64,000 nucleotides of DNA from an uncultured Rhodobacteraceae bacterium (GCA_947500775.1 CANMTD010000005.1:132676-196675); one strand, 5' to 3'; positions 17,567 to 30,170 are shown, numbered from the stretch's first letter. Numbers and translations are program-made. Notes: generated by a model from the letters alone, not told the origin.

Positions 17567-18388
17567 ATGTTTGAAAATACCAAACCCCAAAGCAATGCCA
17601 TAGGCGGCTTTGCCCTGCTGGCCCTGATATATCACAGCACGGCGCGCAATATCCGCAAATCCCACGGCAACCCTCTGATCGGGCTGATCATGAGCATGAT
17701 GCAGTCCATCGTCATGATCACCGCATTCTTTTTCATGTTTTCCATATTGGGGATGCGCGGATCTGCGGTACGTGGCGATTTTCTGATATACATCATGTCC
17801 GGTATTTTTCTGTTCCTGACACATACCAAAGCGATGGGCGCGGTTGCCGGCGCCGAAGGCCCGACCTCGGCCATGATGCAACACGCGCCGATGAATACGA
17901 TCATTGCGATATCGGCCGCGGCCCTAAGCGCGCTTTATACCGAACTGCTGGCGCTGGGCGTCATCCTGCTGATCTATCATATTGCCGTCACCCCGATCGA
18001 AATCGACAATTGGATTGGCCTGTTTGGAATGCTGTTGCTGGCATGGTTTTCCGGGGTTGCCGTCGGGATGGTGTTTTTCGCAGCCAAACCCTGGGTGCCC
18101 GGTCTGGTTGGCATCGCCACAACGGTGTATTCGCGCGCCAACATGATTGCGTCGGGAAAAATGTTTCTGGCCAATACCATGCCCGGATATCTGCTGGCGA
18201 TGTTTGACTGGAACCCCCTGTTTCACTGCATTGATCAGGCGCGCGGGTTTGCCTTTATCAACTACAACCCGCATTTCAGTTCGATCGAATACCCGATCTA
18301 CGTGTCTTTGACGCTGATCATGGTCGGGCTGATGGGCGAATTTTATACTCGTAAACACACATCGCTGAGTTGGAGCGCCAAGCGCTGA
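17567..18388 (+). CDS. ABC-2 type (KpsM/CtrC-like) polysaccharide export permease
   Basis: 273 aa and multi-TM. N-terminal ALLALIYHSTARNIRKSHGNPLIGLIMSMMQSIVMI resembles the ABC-2 permease N-terminus. No ATPase gene is adjacent. Confidence 0.65.
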   Translation: MFENTKPQSNAIGGFALLALIYHSTARNIRKSHGNPLIGLIMSMMQSIVMITAFFFMFSILGMRGSAVRGDFLIYIMSGIFLFLTHTKAMGAVAGAEGPTSAMMQHAPMNTIIAISAAALSALYTELLALGVILLIYHIAVTPIEIDNWIGLFGMLLLAWFSGVAVGMVFFAAKPWVPGLVGIATTVYSRANMIASGKMFLANTMPGYLLAMFDWNPLFHCIDQARGFAFINYNPHFSSIEYPIYVSLTLIMVGLMGEFYTRKHTSLSWSAKR

Positions 18389-18506
18389 TCCGCCTATCAG
18401 GGGGATTTTTTGTTTTCTTCTAGCGCGCGGCCCATTGCTCGGCATTGATTGGGAATGGCGATTTCATCGGTCTGTGCCGACGCCATCCACTATTCAGGAG
18501 AATAAG

Positions 18507-18764
18507 ATGAAACAGATCTTCATTGTGCTCGGCATCGCGACGGTTCTGGCCGGTTGCGAAACTCAGGGACAAAGCGCTGCCGCAGGCGGGCTGGCCGGGG
18601 CGGCCATCGGGGCGGCGGTGGCAGGCGAAGATGAAACCGGTGGCGCCGTCAAAGGCGCGGTTGTCGGTGCCATCGCCGGGGCGCTTATCGGCAAGGCGAG
18701 CGAGCCGAACAAATGCCGCTATCGCTATCCCGACGGGACCGAATATGTGGCCGACTGCCCGTAA
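18507..18764 (+). CDS. Small glycine-zipper lipoprotein
   Basis: Begins MKQIFIVLGIATVLAGC (lipobox LAGC), followed by a GxxxG/AxxxG zipper (GGLAGAAIGAAVAG...GAVVGAIAGALIG). CAGGAG Shine-Dalgarno at 18495-18500. Confidence 0.7.
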   Translation: MKQIFIVLGIATVLAGCETQGQSAAAGGLAGAAIGAAVAGEDETGGAVKGAVVGAIAGALIGKASEPNKCRYRYPDGTEYVADCP

Positions 18765-18809
18765 CCGCACAACAGCCCGGGCCCGCACCACCGCGGGCCC
18801 GACATCATC

Positions 18810-19454
18810 CTAATCAACCACCCGCAGCGTCAGGTTGATCCGCCCGCCCTGCCGCAACAGGGTCGAGGTGCCCGGTTTGATCCGGTCCACCCCGTGATGG
18901 GTCAGCCGCGCATCGCCCCCCATCACCACCACATCGCCCGATTGCAGCCACAGGCTTTCGGTCTTGCCGCCCCGTGTGGCGTTGCCGATCCGGAACAGCC
19001 CGTCATCGCCAAGCGAGATCGACACCACGGGATAGGAAAAATCCGCCTCGTCCTTGTCCTGATGCATCCCCATGCGGGCCTCGGCGTCATAGAAATTGAC
19101 CAGACAGCAATCGGGCGCGCGGTCCAGCCCGGTCACGCTGTGCCAGAGGGCCAATATCCGGGGCGGGATCGCAGGCCACGGCTGCCCCCCCGGATGGACC
19201 CGTTCATAGCGATACCCCGACCTGTCGGAATACCACCCGTACCGCCCGGCCGAGGTCATCCTGACCCGCATCGGCCTGCCATAGGGTGTCATCGGCGAAA
19301 ACAGCGGCGCCTGCTGAATGACGCCGCGTAAATCCACGACAAGGGCCATTTGCGATTCCGGCGACAGCAGATCTTTATACACGTCAAACCCACGCACACG
19401 CAGCGTTGGCGCGGGTTTCCCAGTCGAAACCCCGGAATTGAGTCGAATTTTCAC
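18810..19454 (-). CDS. alkB: Alpha-ketoglutarate-dependent dioxygenase AlkB (alkylated DNA/RNA repair)
   Basis: Fe(II)/2OG motifs HQDKDE ... HHGV ... RINLTLR. Confidence 0.85.
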   Translation of the reverse strand: MKIRLNSGVSTGKPAPTLRVRGFDVYKDLLSPESQMALVVDLRGVIQQAPLFSPMTPYGRPMRVRMTSAGRYGWYSDRSGYRYERVHPGGQPWPAIPPRILALWHSVTGLDRAPDCCLVNFYDAEARMGMHQDKDEADFSYPVVSISLGDDGLFRIGNATRGGKTESLWLQSGDVVVMGGDARLTHHGVDRIKPGTSTLLRQGGRINLTLRVVD

Positions 19455-19486
19455 CCCGAATCCTCACATTTCCTTGAACCACGCCG

Positions 19487-19515
19487 CTTGCAGCCTTTAA
19501 GGCCCCTCCTTATAT
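19487..19515 (+). promoter_or_regulatory. Putative sigma32 (RpoH) heat-shock promoter of dnaKJ
   Basis: CTTG at 19487-19490, an 18-nt spacer, then CTTATAT at 19509-19515. This fits the alphaproteobacterial CTTG-N17(+/-1)-CYTATNT pattern as I recall it. About 110 nt upstream of the dnaK ATG. Confidence 0.4.
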
Positions 19516-19627
19516 ACGCCCAGAAGCATGATCGGGGACAAACCCCGGTCAATTTTTGGGATCGAGGACCGGAAGCCTTTTCAGGGTCCGGACTTCTACA
19601 CATCGCCGAAGAAAGAGGTAGTCTAAT

Positions 19628-21544
<1,917 letters not shown>

Positions 21545-21616
21545 CACGCGTCGGAACACCAGAGACCGGTCCGGACATCCGGGCCGGTTCTCGCGTTCCA
21601 CGATAAGGGAAATCTT

Positions 21617-22756
21617 ATGGCAAAGCGCGATTACTATGATGTTCTGGGTGTTGCAAAAGGTGCATCACCGGACGAAATCAAAAAAGCCTTTCGTCAAAAG
21701 GCCAAAGAGCTGCACCCTGACAGCAACTCTGACAATCCCAACGCTGAATCGCAGTTCAAAGAGGCGAATGAGGCCTACGACGCGCTGAAAGACCCCGAAA
21801 AAAAGGCGGCCTACGACCGGTTTGGTCATGCCGCGTTTGAAAACGGCATGGGCGGCGGGCGGGGCGGACACCCGGGACAGGGCGATTTTGCCTCGGCCTT
21901 TTCGGATGTCTTCGACGATCTGTTCGGCGATTTCATGGGCGGTCAGCGCGGCGGTGGGCGGCAACGCGCCTCGCGCGGGTCGGACCTGCGCTATAACCTG
22001 CGGATATCGCTGGAAGACGCCTATATCGGCATTCAGAAAACGATCAACGTGCCCACCTCGATCGCCTGTACCGTCTGTAACGGCACCGGGTCCGAAGGTG
22101 GCAGCGAACCCGCAACCTGCCCGACCTGTTCGGGCATGGGCAAGGTGCGCGCGCAACAGGGCTTTTTCACCGTCGAACGGACCTGCCCGACCTGTTCCGG
22201 TGCGGGGCAGATCGTCAAGAACCCCTGCGGCACCTGTGGCGGCGCGGGCCGGACGGAAAAAGAACGCTCGCTGAACGTGAACATCCCCGCCGGCGTTGAA
22301 ACCGGCACCCGTATCCGTCTGGCAGGCGAAGGCGAGGCCGGGCTGCGCGGTGGTCCGCAGGGCGATCTTTACATCTTTATCGAAGTGACAGAGCACCCGC
22401 TGTTTCAGCGCGACGGCAACCATCTGTTCTGCCGGGTGCCCGTGTCGATGGCCTCGGCCGCATTGGGCGGCGATATCGAAGTGCCGACAATCGACGGCGG
22501 CCGCAGCCGCGTGAAGGTTCCCGCAGGCAGCCAGACCGGCAAACAAATGCGTCTGCGCGCCAAGGGGATGCCCGCCCTGCGTGGTGGCGCACAAGGCGAC
22601 ATGTTCATCGAACTATCGGTCGAAACCCCGGTGAACCTGACCTCAAAGCAAAAAGAGCTGCTGCGCGAATTCGACAAGATGAGCGAAGACAACAACCCCG
22701 AAAGCTCAAACTTCTTTTCCAAGGTCAAAAGCTTCTGGGAAGGGATGAAGGGCTGA
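21617..22756 (+). CDS. dnaJ: Molecular chaperone DnaJ
   Basis: J domain with HPD, a G/F-rich region and four CxxCxGxG zinc-finger repeats. Confidence 0.97.
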   Translation: MAKRDYYDVLGVAKGASPDEIKKAFRQKAKELHPDSNSDNPNAESQFKEANEAYDALKDPEKKAAYDRFGHAAFENGMGGGRGGHPGQGDFASAFSDVFDDLFGDFMGGQRGGGRQRASRGSDLRYNLRISLEDAYIGIQKTINVPTSIACTVCNGTGSEGGSEPATCPTCSGMGKVRAQQGFFTVERTCPTCSGAGQIVKNPCGTCGGAGRTEKERSLNVNIPAGVETGTRIRLAGEGEAGLRGGPQGDLYIFIEVTEHPLFQRDGNHLFCRVPVSMASAALGGDIEVPTIDGGRSRVKVPAGSQTGKQMRLRAKGMPALRGGAQGDMFIELSVETPVNLTSKQKELLREFDKMSEDNNPESSNFFSKVKSFWEGMKG

Positions 22757-22805
22757 CGCGGTCGCGTTAACCATTCATTCAGCAAGATTTGCAAGGGTCG
22801 GCCAC

Positions 22806-23567
22806 ATGAGCCGGCCCGACGCATTTTCAGAACCCCCGCTGCCGATCTTTGACGCAGATACCGCCACCCCGGTGCTGGCGCCGGGCGCGCGTCTGCCGTC
22901 TTATATCAAGGATCACCGCAAACGCCTGCGCGACCGGTTCATCGACGGCGGTGCAGCCGCGATGCCCGACTATGAGCTGCTGGAGCTTGTCCTGTTCCGC
23001 GCCATCCCCCGACAGGACGTCAAACCGCTGGCCCGCGCCCTGCTGGATGTCTTTGGCGATTTCAACCGCGTGCTGTCGGCCCCGCCCGCGCGGCTGCGCG
23101 ATGTCAAAGGCGTGGGCGACGCCGTGGTGCTGGAACTGAAGATCGTCGAGGCGGCGGCCCATCGCCTGGCCCGCGCCAGGATCATGGAACGCCCCGTCAT
23201 CGCCGGATGGGACGCGGTGCTGGATTATTGCCACACCACCATGGCCCACCGCGAAACCGAACAGTTCCGCATCCTGTTTCTGGACCGCAAAAACGTGCTG
23301 ATCGCGGATGAGGAACAGGCGCGCGGCACTGTCGATCATGTGCCGGTCTATCCGCGCGAGGTGGTCAAACGCGCGTTGGAACTGAACGCCTCGGCGCTGA
23401 TTTTGGTGCACAACCATCCGTCGGGCGACCCGACACCGTCGGAATCGGATATCCTGATGACCAATCAGATCAACGATGCTGCCGATGCTTTGGGACTGAC
23501 GCTGCATGACCACCTGATCATCGGCAAATCCCGCGAACTCAGCTTTCGCTCATCGGGGTATCTTTAA
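22806..23567 (+). CDS. radC: RadC-family JAB/MPN domain protein (UPF0758)
   Basis: HhH-like N-terminal half and a C-terminal JAMM motif [18 protein letters not shown]. Confidence 0.85.
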   Translation: MSRPDAFSEPPLPIFDADTATPVLAPGARLPSYIKDHRKRLRDRFIDGGAAAMPDYELLELVLFRAIPRQDVKPLARALLDVFGDFNRVLSAPPARLRDVKGVGDAVVLELKIVEAAAHRLARARIMERPVIAGWDAVLDYCHTTMAHRETEQFRILFLDRKNVLIADEEQARGTVDHVPVYPREVVKRALELNASALILVHNHPSGDPTPSESDILMTNQINDAADALGLTLHDHLIIGKSRELSFRSSGYL

Positions 23568-25111
23568 CGGCGCCAGACCTCGACCCGGCGATTGACGCCC
23601 CGGCCCCACTCCGCCTCTTCGCAGGCCATCGGCATCGCTTCGCCAAAGGCATCGACCGTCAGGCGGATGCGCGACGGATCGGCGGCATAGGCGGCCTTTT
23701 TCACCGCATCACGCACTGCTTCGGCCCGTTTTCGTGCCAGCCGCAGATTGGCGGCGGCCCCGCCGTCGCCATCGCTGAAGCCCACAAAGATCAGCTCGCG
23801 TTCGTCGAATTCCCCGGCCTCCAGCGCGCGGGCCAGAAAGGCGATGTTGCCCGCCGATTGCGCGTCCAACTGGGTCGAGCCACCCCGAAACCGGAAGGTC
23901 GTCGTCAGCCGCTCGGTCCCGCGCAGTGCGGTTGTCAGCCGTTTCAGCTCGGTCAGGGACACATCTTCGCCCGCCGCCGCAATGGCGTTCAGCAACCGTG
24001 TGCCCTGGCCTGCCACGGCCACCGCCTCGCGGGTTTGGTTCACGAACCCGGCCCGGTGGATCACCCGCTGCGCCTCGGGGCCGGTCAGATAGGTCAGGAA
24101 TTCGCGGGCAAACAGCGGCAGGCGCCGCGCGGGCGTGTACAGAAACAGCGGTGCGGCAAAGGGGTAATCCTCGGCCTTCAGGCTGCGCCGTGTGGCGCGC
24201 AGCGGCATACCGCAGCTGCCGCGCAGGGTCAGCTGCCGGGCGTTGCCGATGTCGGACAGCCGTGCCATGCCAAAGGCCAGCGGATCGCCCGCAACGCCAT
24301 CGGCCAGATCGGCGTCATCCGCGTGACGCTGCGCCCCGCTGACCAGCGTCAGCTCTGCCGGGGACAGGATGCGATCCTCGATCAATTCCTGAATGCCTGA
24401 CCCTTCGGCGCGGGCATGGATCGTGATCGGGGCGGCCTGCGCCTGCCATTCCGTGATCTGGCCGCTTAGAAACTCCTGAATCCGGGCCACCGAGATTTCG
24501 CGCAACGGGTTGTCCCGCGCGACAATCGGGACCAGCGCATCCAAGGCAACGATCCGGCTGCGGGCCGTATCGGAAAGATCGCCCAGACCGGCCGTGCGGG
24601 CGCGGTCAATCTCATCCGGGCGCGCCTCGCGCAGGGCCATGGCGATATCGGCCGTTTCCGCCAGCAGATCGTCAAACCCATCGGCGGTCGAGCCAAGCCG
24701 AAACCCGATCTGGGCCACCATCCGGGCGCCATCGTGCAGGTTGATCGTAAAGGCATCCGCGCCCTGCACGCTGCGTTGCACCGACAGCCCCCGGCGCGCG
24801 GCAAAGCCTTCGATCAGTGCGGGCATCAGCACCTCGCCCATGCTGCGCGCGCCGGAAAAGGAAAATCTGGCGACATAGGCATCCAGATCAGGGCAGCCCG
24901 TGCCACTGCACAGAACGCCCTGACCATCCAGCGTCAGCACGCCGAAATCGGTCTGGATCCGGTAAAACTCACCATCGAACCCCAACAGGGTTCCGCCCAC
25001 CTCGATCGCGCCATCGCGCGATGTCAGGGTCACATCCTGCGCCATCCCGCGGGCTGCGGTTCCAATGGAAAGCGCGGCGAATATCGCCGCGCACAGAAAA
25101 GCTTTGATCAT
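23564..25111 (-). CDS. Exported PstS-like substrate-binding domain / OmpA C-terminal-like fusion protein
   Basis: Signal peptide [24 protein letters not shown]. Central periplasmic-binding-protein-like region. C-terminal OmpA-like peptidoglycan-binding module ([29 protein letters not shown]...NRRVEVW). Confidence 0.7.
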   Translation of the reverse strand: MIKAFLCAAIFAALSIGTAARGMAQDVTLTSRDGAIEVGGTLLGFDGEFYRIQTDFGVLTLDGQGVLCSGTGCPDLDAYVARFSFSGARSMGEVLMPALIEGFAARRGLSVQRSVQGADAFTINLHDGARMVAQIGFRLGSTADGFDDLLAETADIAMALREARPDEIDRARTAGLGDLSDTARSRIVALDALVPIVARDNPLREISVARIQEFLSGQITEWQAQAAPITIHARAEGSGIQELIEDRILSPAELTLVSGAQRHADDADLADGVAGDPLAFGMARLSDIGNARQLTLRGSCGMPLRATRRSLKAEDYPFAAPLFLYTPARRLPLFAREFLTYLTGPEAQRVIHRAGFVNQTREAVAVAGQGTRLLNAIAAAGEDVSLTELKRLTTALRGTERLTTTFRFRGGSTQLDAQSAGNIAFLARALEAGEFDERELIFVGFSDGDGGAAANLRLARKRAEAVRDAVKKAAYAADPSRIRLTVDAFGEAMPMACEEAEWGRGVNRRVEVWRR

Positions 25112-25130
25112 AAGGTTCGGCTACGCCCCG

Positions 25131-26195
25131 TCAGTTCCGGGCGATCTTCATATCTCGCAGCACGTTTTTCAACACAAGAGTTTCGCCAACCATGTCGCAA
25201 CCCGGCATATCCAGGCTGAGAGCCGCAGATTGCATCCCTCCGCCGACCCCGGGCTGAAGCGTTTCGGCCTGAACGTTGCGGCCACAGTTCGCTGGCGTCA
25301 CCGGCGCTTCGACGCTGACACGCACAACACCGCTGTCGCGGGCCACAAATTGCGGAAAGCTGTAGACCTCGGCCATGCTGGCGGCTGGCAGCGCGGCATC
25401 GCCCAATAGGGTCAGGAACCCGCCCTTGGCATTGATCGCCACCGCTACATCGCCCGGCGCTTTTGCCCAGACATGGCCGCGTGCGCCGTTGGGCGCGCCA
25501 AATTCATGGGCATGCAATTGCATCACGCCCTGATCGCGCCATTGCAGGGCGACCCGTTCGTATTCGGACGCATCCGGCACCCGCACGATAGCGGACAGGA
25601 TTGTTCCATCCCTGAACGCCGCGCTCAGGCTGGCCGTGGCGGAAAAAGCGGGCACATCGACGCGCAACATCCCATTCGCATCGGTTTGCGCCGAAAACCG
25701 CAATGCGTCGTGGCTGATCGTCAGCCGGGCGTGTGGCTTGCAGCTGGCGGTGACCTGAACCGCCATCATCCCGGCGGGTTTCGCACGGGCCACCATGGTG
25801 GTTTCGCAAGGATGCCCAAACTGGTTGTAGGCGTGGCCGCCCGGCTGAATGGTCCCGTGTCCCCGGTCCAGCCCGGACACGCGCGCGGCCAAGGCCCCCC
25901 GCTGGTCCGTCAGCGTCTGCGGTATGGTCAGCTCATCCGCCAGATACGGCAGCGCCACGTCGCCGCTAACCGGCTCTGCTGAGGTCCGGGGCGCGGTCGA
26001 GGCAAGCAGGGGCGTAATGGCCCCCACGCCAAGACTGCGCAAGATCGGCGCTTCGGCCCTTTGGCCGGCGGTCGTGACAGGCGTGGCGGGTTCTGACGCC
26101 GAAAAATAGCGATCCGCGTTTTGCATCAAATGCCCAACGACAGCTGCGATCAAAATTGTGGACCCCGCTACAAGCAAGCTGCGCCTCTTTTCCAT
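25131..26195 (-). CDS. Hypothetical membrane-anchored protein (N-terminal TM helix, Pro/Ala linker, beta-rich Cys-containing domain)
   Basis: 354-aa ORF with normal codon usage and N-terminal anchor LLVAGSTILIAAVVGHL. No family recognised. Sits 19 nt upstream of the PstS/OmpA fusion gene on the same strand. Confidence 0.6.
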   Translation of the reverse strand: MEKRRSLLVAGSTILIAAVVGHLMQNADRYFSASEPATPVTTAGQRAEAPILRSLGVGAITPLLASTAPRTSAEPVSGDVALPYLADELTIPQTLTDQRGALAARVSGLDRGHGTIQPGGHAYNQFGHPCETTMVARAKPAGMMAVQVTASCKPHARLTISHDALRFSAQTDANGMLRVDVPAFSATASLSAAFRDGTILSAIVRVPDASEYERVALQWRDQGVMQLHAHEFGAPNGARGHVWAKAPGDVAVAINAKGGFLTLLGDAALPAASMAEVYSFPQFVARDSGVVRVSVEAPVTPANCGRNVQAETLQPGVGGGMQSAALSLDMPGCDMVGETLVLKNVLRDMKIARN

Positions 26196-26401
26196 CCCAA
26201 TCCCCTTTTTCTCAAATCAATGCCAATGAGGCTATGCAGGGAAAGGGGCGTCTACGTGGCAAAATCACGGGATTGTTGAAGCATAGGCAACGATAGGGCA
26301 ACAGCTATATCTTGCAGGGCCTGTCTTTGCTGGCGCTATGACATGTGGCAACGGGCGATCCGGGAACAATCCTGCCCCAGATTCGCCCCATTCCAGTACC
26401 G

Positions 26402-29113
26402 TCAGACAAGCCGCCCGTGGCAATGTTTGAACTTTTTGCCCGACCCGCAGGGGCAGCTGTCGTTGCGCCCCGGATTGCCCCAGGTTTCGGGGTCGTTTTC
26501 ATCGAACCCCTCCAGCGCCGGTGCTGCGACCTGCGCGGCCGGTTCCGGCGCGGGAGCGGCAGGCGCCTGCGCCTCGCGGGCCCCCTGTTGCTGAGCCGCC
26601 ATCTGTTGCACCATCCGCTGCTGCTCTTCCTCGGTCAGGATCCGGACCTGGCCCAGCTTTTCGGTGACATCTTCGCGCAGCCCGTCCAGCAGGTTTTCGA
26701 ACAGGGCAAAGCTTTCGGTCTTGTATTCGCTCAGCGGGTCACGCTGGGCATAACCGCGGAACCCGACGACCGACCGCAGATGTTCCAGCGTCAGCAGATG
26801 TTCGCGCCATTTGGCGTCGATGGTCTGCAGCAACACCTGTTTTTCGATGTTGCGCATGTTTTCGGGGCCGAAATCAGCCGCTTTGGCGGCCATGAATTCA
26901 TCGGACGCCTTGTACAGACGTTCGCGGATATCGCCATCATCAACGCCCTCTTCCTGGGCCCAGGCAATGACCGGGGCATCCAGGTTAAGCTTGGCGATCA
27001 CCGCGGCATACAAGCCTTCGGTGTCCCACTGATCGGCATAGGATTTAGCCGGGATATGCATATCGACCAGATCGTCGATCACCTGATGGCGCATATCCTG
27101 CGTGATTTCCGACAGGTCCTTGGATTCCATGATCTCGCGGCGCTGGCCAAAGATGACCTTACGCTGGTCATTCATCACATCGTCGAATTTCAACAACTGC
27201 TTGCGGACATCGAAGTTGCGGCCTTCGACCTTGGCCTGTGCCCGTTCCAGCGATTTGTTGACCCATGGATGCACAATCGCCTCGCCCTCTTTCATGCCCA
27301 GCGACGACAGGACCTTGTCCAGACGCTCGGACCCGAAGATGCGCATCAGATCGTCATCGAGGCTTAGGAAAAACGACGACCGGCCCGGATCACCCTGACG
27401 GCCCGACCGGCCGCGCAGCTGATTGTCGATCCGGCGGGATTCGTGCCGTTCGGTGGCCAGAACATACAGGCCGCCCGCCTCCAACACCCTGGCCTTTTCA
27501 TCGGCGTGCCCGGCCTCGATCTTGCTGCGGATGGCTTCGGGATCGGCGTCCGGATCGGCATCCAGCGCCTCCATCACCTGCATATCGACGTTGCCGCCCA
27601 GCTGAATGTCGGTACCGCGACCGGCCATGTTGGTGGCAATCGTCACCGCGCCGAACCGTCCGGCGTCGGCCACGATCTTGGCTTCCTGTTCGTGGTGGCG
27701 GGCGTTCAGCACGTTGTGCGGCACACCGGCCTCGGTCAGCAGTTGGGCCAGAAACTCGGATTTCTCGATCGAGGTGGTGCCGACCAGAACCGGCTGACCC
27801 TTGGCATGCGCCTCTTTGATCTTTTCGACGATGGCGGCGTATTTCTCTTTTGCGGTGCGGAACACCTGATCGTGTTCATCTTCGCGCGCAATCGGACGGT
27901 TGGTCGGAATTTCAACCACACCCAGCTTATAGATGTCTTCGAATTCCTCGGCCTCGGTTGCGGCGGTGCCGGTCATGCCGGCCAGCTTGTCATACAGGCG
28001 GAAATAGTTCTGGAAGGTCACCGAGGCCAGCGTCACGTTTTCGGGCTGGATATCCACGCCCTCTTTCGCCTCGATCGCCTGATGCAGCCCGTCCGACAGG
28101 CGGCGGCCCGACATCATCCGACCGGTGAATTCGTCGATCAGCATGACCTCGCCATCGCGAACGATGTAGTCCTTGTCGCGCTGAAACAGCTGATGCGCCC
28201 GCAGCGCCTGTGTCGCGTGATGCACGACCGAGGTGCTTTCAGGATCGTACAGCGACTGTCCCTCGGGCAGGATGTCCAGCTGATGCAGCCGCTCTTCCAT
28301 GAATTCGTTGCCTTCATCGGTGAAGGTCACGTTGCGGGCTTTTTCATCCTTGGTGAAATGCGCCTCGAGCACATCGGGGATGATCGCGTTGATCTTTGTA
28401 TAAAGCTCGGACCGGTCATCGCTGGGGCCGGAAATGATCAGCGGCGTCCGCGCCTCGTCGATCAGGATGCTGTCCACCTCGTCGACAATCGCGAAGTTGT
28501 GATCGCGCTGCGCCATCTGGTTCAGCTCGGACCGCATGTTGTCGCGCAGATAGTCGAACCCAAGTTCGTTGTTGGTGGCATAGGTGACATCGGCGGCATA
28601 GGCCGCGCGTTTTTCTTCGTCGGGCTGCTGCGGATAGATGACCCCGGTGGTCAGCCCCAGCGCGCCGTAGACCTTGCTCATCCATTCGGCGTCCCGTTTG
28701 GCCAGATAATCGTTCACGGTAACGATATGGACGCCCTTACCGGTCAGCGCGTTCAGATAGGCGGGAAAGGTGGCGACAAGGGTCTTGCCCTCGCCGGTTT
28801 TCATTTCGGCGATATTGCCCTGATGCAGAAAGATACCGCCGATAAGCTGGGTATCAAAGGCGCGCAGGCCCAGCGCCCGGCGGGCGGCTTCGCGGCAGTT
28901 GGCAAAGGCTTCGGGCAGCAGCGCATCCAGGCTTTCGCCGTCTTTGGCGCGCTTGGTCAGGCTTTCGGTCTTTTGCTTGATGGCTTCATCGCTCAGCGCC
29001 TCAAACTCGGGCTCCAGCGCGTTGATCTTTTCAACTATCGGGCGGGTGGCTTTGACCTTGCGATCATTCGGCGTGCCAAAAACCTTTTTGGCGAGTGTTC
29101 CTAAGCCCAGCAT
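26402..29113 (-). CDS. secA: Preprotein translocase ATPase SecA
   Basis: 903 aa, beginning [25 protein letters not shown] motor motifs and a C-terminal zinc-binding [14 protein letters not shown]. Confidence 0.98.
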   Translation of the reverse strand: MLGLGTLAKKVFGTPNDRKVKATRPIVEKINALEPEFEALSDEAIKQKTESLTKRAKDGESLDALLPEAFANCREAARRALGLRAFDTQLIGGIFLHQGNIAEMKTGEGKTLVATFPAYLNALTGKGVHIVTVNDYLAKRDAEWMSKVYGALGLTTGVIYPQQPDEEKRAAYAADVTYATNNELGFDYLRDNMRSELNQMAQRDHNFAIVDEVDSILIDEARTPLIISGPSDDRSELYTKINAIIPDVLEAHFTKDEKARNVTFTDEGNEFMEERLHQLDILPEGQSLYDPESTSVVHHATQALRAHQLFQRDKDYIVRDGEVMLIDEFTGRMMSGRRLSDGLHQAIEAKEGVDIQPENVTLASVTFQNYFRLYDKLAGMTGTAATEAEEFEDIYKLGVVEIPTNRPIAREDEHDQVFRTAKEKYAAIVEKIKEAHAKGQPVLVGTTSIEKSEFLAQLLTEAGVPHNVLNARHHEQEAKIVADAGRFGAVTIATNMAGRGTDIQLGGNVDMQVMEALDADPDADPEAIRSKIEAGHADEKARVLEAGGLYVLATERHESRRIDNQLRGRSGRQGDPGRSSFFLSLDDDLMRIFGSERLDKVLSSLGMKEGEAIVHPWVNKSLERAQAKVEGRNFDVRKQLLKFDDVMNDQRKVIFGQRREIMESKDLSEITQDMRHQVIDDLVDMHIPAKSYADQWDTEGLYAAVIAKLNLDAPVIAWAQEEGVDDGDIRERLYKASDEFMAAKAADFGPENMRNIEKQVLLQTIDAKWREHLLTLEHLRSVVGFRGYAQRDPLSEYKTESFALFENLLDGLREDVTEKLGQVRILTEEEQQRMVQQMAAQQQGAREAQAPAAPAPEPAAQVAAPALEGFDENDPETWGNPGRNDSCPCGSGKKFKHCHGRLV

Positions 29114-29302
29114 TTTTTCTCCGCCTGGATAGCATCTGATGAAGTCGTGAGAGGGATCGCCTTGCCCACCTTCCCGTTCCCCCCTACGTATGGACGGGAA
29201 AAATCACGGCAGCCGGCGCTCTCGGACCTTCGTGCGATGTAAGCGCCTGCCTGTTAAGTGTCAACGTCGCCCAAGCGCGCGGCACAATTAGGAGTGGCCT
29301 AT

Positions 29303-30148
29303 ATGCCAAATCCCGTCAAAACCCTGCTGGCCGTCGGCCTTGTTTTCGGCCTGTCCGCGCCCGTCTGGGCCGAGGACATCACCGCCAGCACTGTTGTTGC
29401 GACCGTCGGTAACGACGAAATCACGCTGGGTCATATGATCATGATGACCTCGCAATTGCCCGACCAGTATCAGTCGCTGCCCGATGACGTGCTGTATGAT
29501 GCGGTGCTGGATCAGCTAATCCGCCAGTCGGCCGTTGCCCAGACCGCGGAAAACGATCTGTCCGCCAGCGCCCGGATGGCGCTGGAAAACGAACGCCGTT
29601 CGTTCATCGCGGGCGAGGCACTGGCCGGGCTGGCCCAGGACGCCGCAACGGACGAGGCGATTCAGGCCGCCTATGACGCGCGCTTTGCCGAGGCCGCCGC
29701 CGAAACCGAATTCAACGCCGCCCATATTCTGGTCGCAACCGAAGACGAGGCAAAGGCGCTGAAGGTCGAACTGGACGGTGGCGCGGATTTCGAAGCGCTG
29801 GCCAAGGAAAAATCCACCGGCCCGTCCGGGCCGTCGGGCGGCGCTTTGGGCTGGTTTAGTGTCGGTATGATGGTCAAACCCTTCGAAGATGCCGTTGTCG
29901 CCATGGAGCCGGGTCAGGTGTCCGAACCCGTCCAGACCCAGTTCGGCTGGCATGTGGTCAAACTGAACGAAACCCGCCAAAAGCCCAAACCGACGCTGGA
30001 CGCCGTCCGCGAAGAGCTGAGCGCCGAGGTCCAGCAGGCCGCAATCGAAGCCGCATTGGAGCGGATCACCGCAGCCGCCACCATCGATCGCCCTGAAACA
30101 GAGATTGACCCGGCCGCCCTGCGGAATATGGAATTGATTCAGAACTGA
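29303..30148 (+). CDS. Periplasmic peptidyl-prolyl cis-trans isomerase, parvulin (PpiC/SurA-like) type
   Basis: Signal peptide MPNPVKTLLAVGLVFGLSAPVWA. Parvulin core AAHILV...GGALGWFSVGMMVKPFEDA...TQFGWHVVKL. ATG at 29303 with GGAG at 29291 is preferred over GTG at 29258. Confidence 0.8.
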   Translation: MPNPVKTLLAVGLVFGLSAPVWAEDITASTVVATVGNDEITLGHMIMMTSQLPDQYQSLPDDVLYDAVLDQLIRQSAVAQTAENDLSASARMALENERRSFIAGEALAGLAQDAATDEAIQAAYDARFAEAAAETEFNAAHILVATEDEAKALKVELDGGADFEALAKEKSTGPSGPSGGALGWFSVGMMVKPFEDAVVAMEPGQVSEPVQTQFGWHVVKLNETRQKPKPTLDAVREELSAEVQQAAIEAALERITAAATIDRPETEIDPAALRNMELIQN

Positions 30149-30170
30149 TTTTGCTGAGCGGAGAAGAGTG

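Noticed and set aside
21562-21592. Imperfect hairpin (GAGACCGGTCCGG-acat-CCGGGCCGGTTCTC) between dnaK and dnaJ as a terminator.
   Set aside because: No T-run follows it, and dnaJ must be co-transcribed. At most it is an mRNA-stability or attenuation element, and the evidence is insufficient to annotate it.
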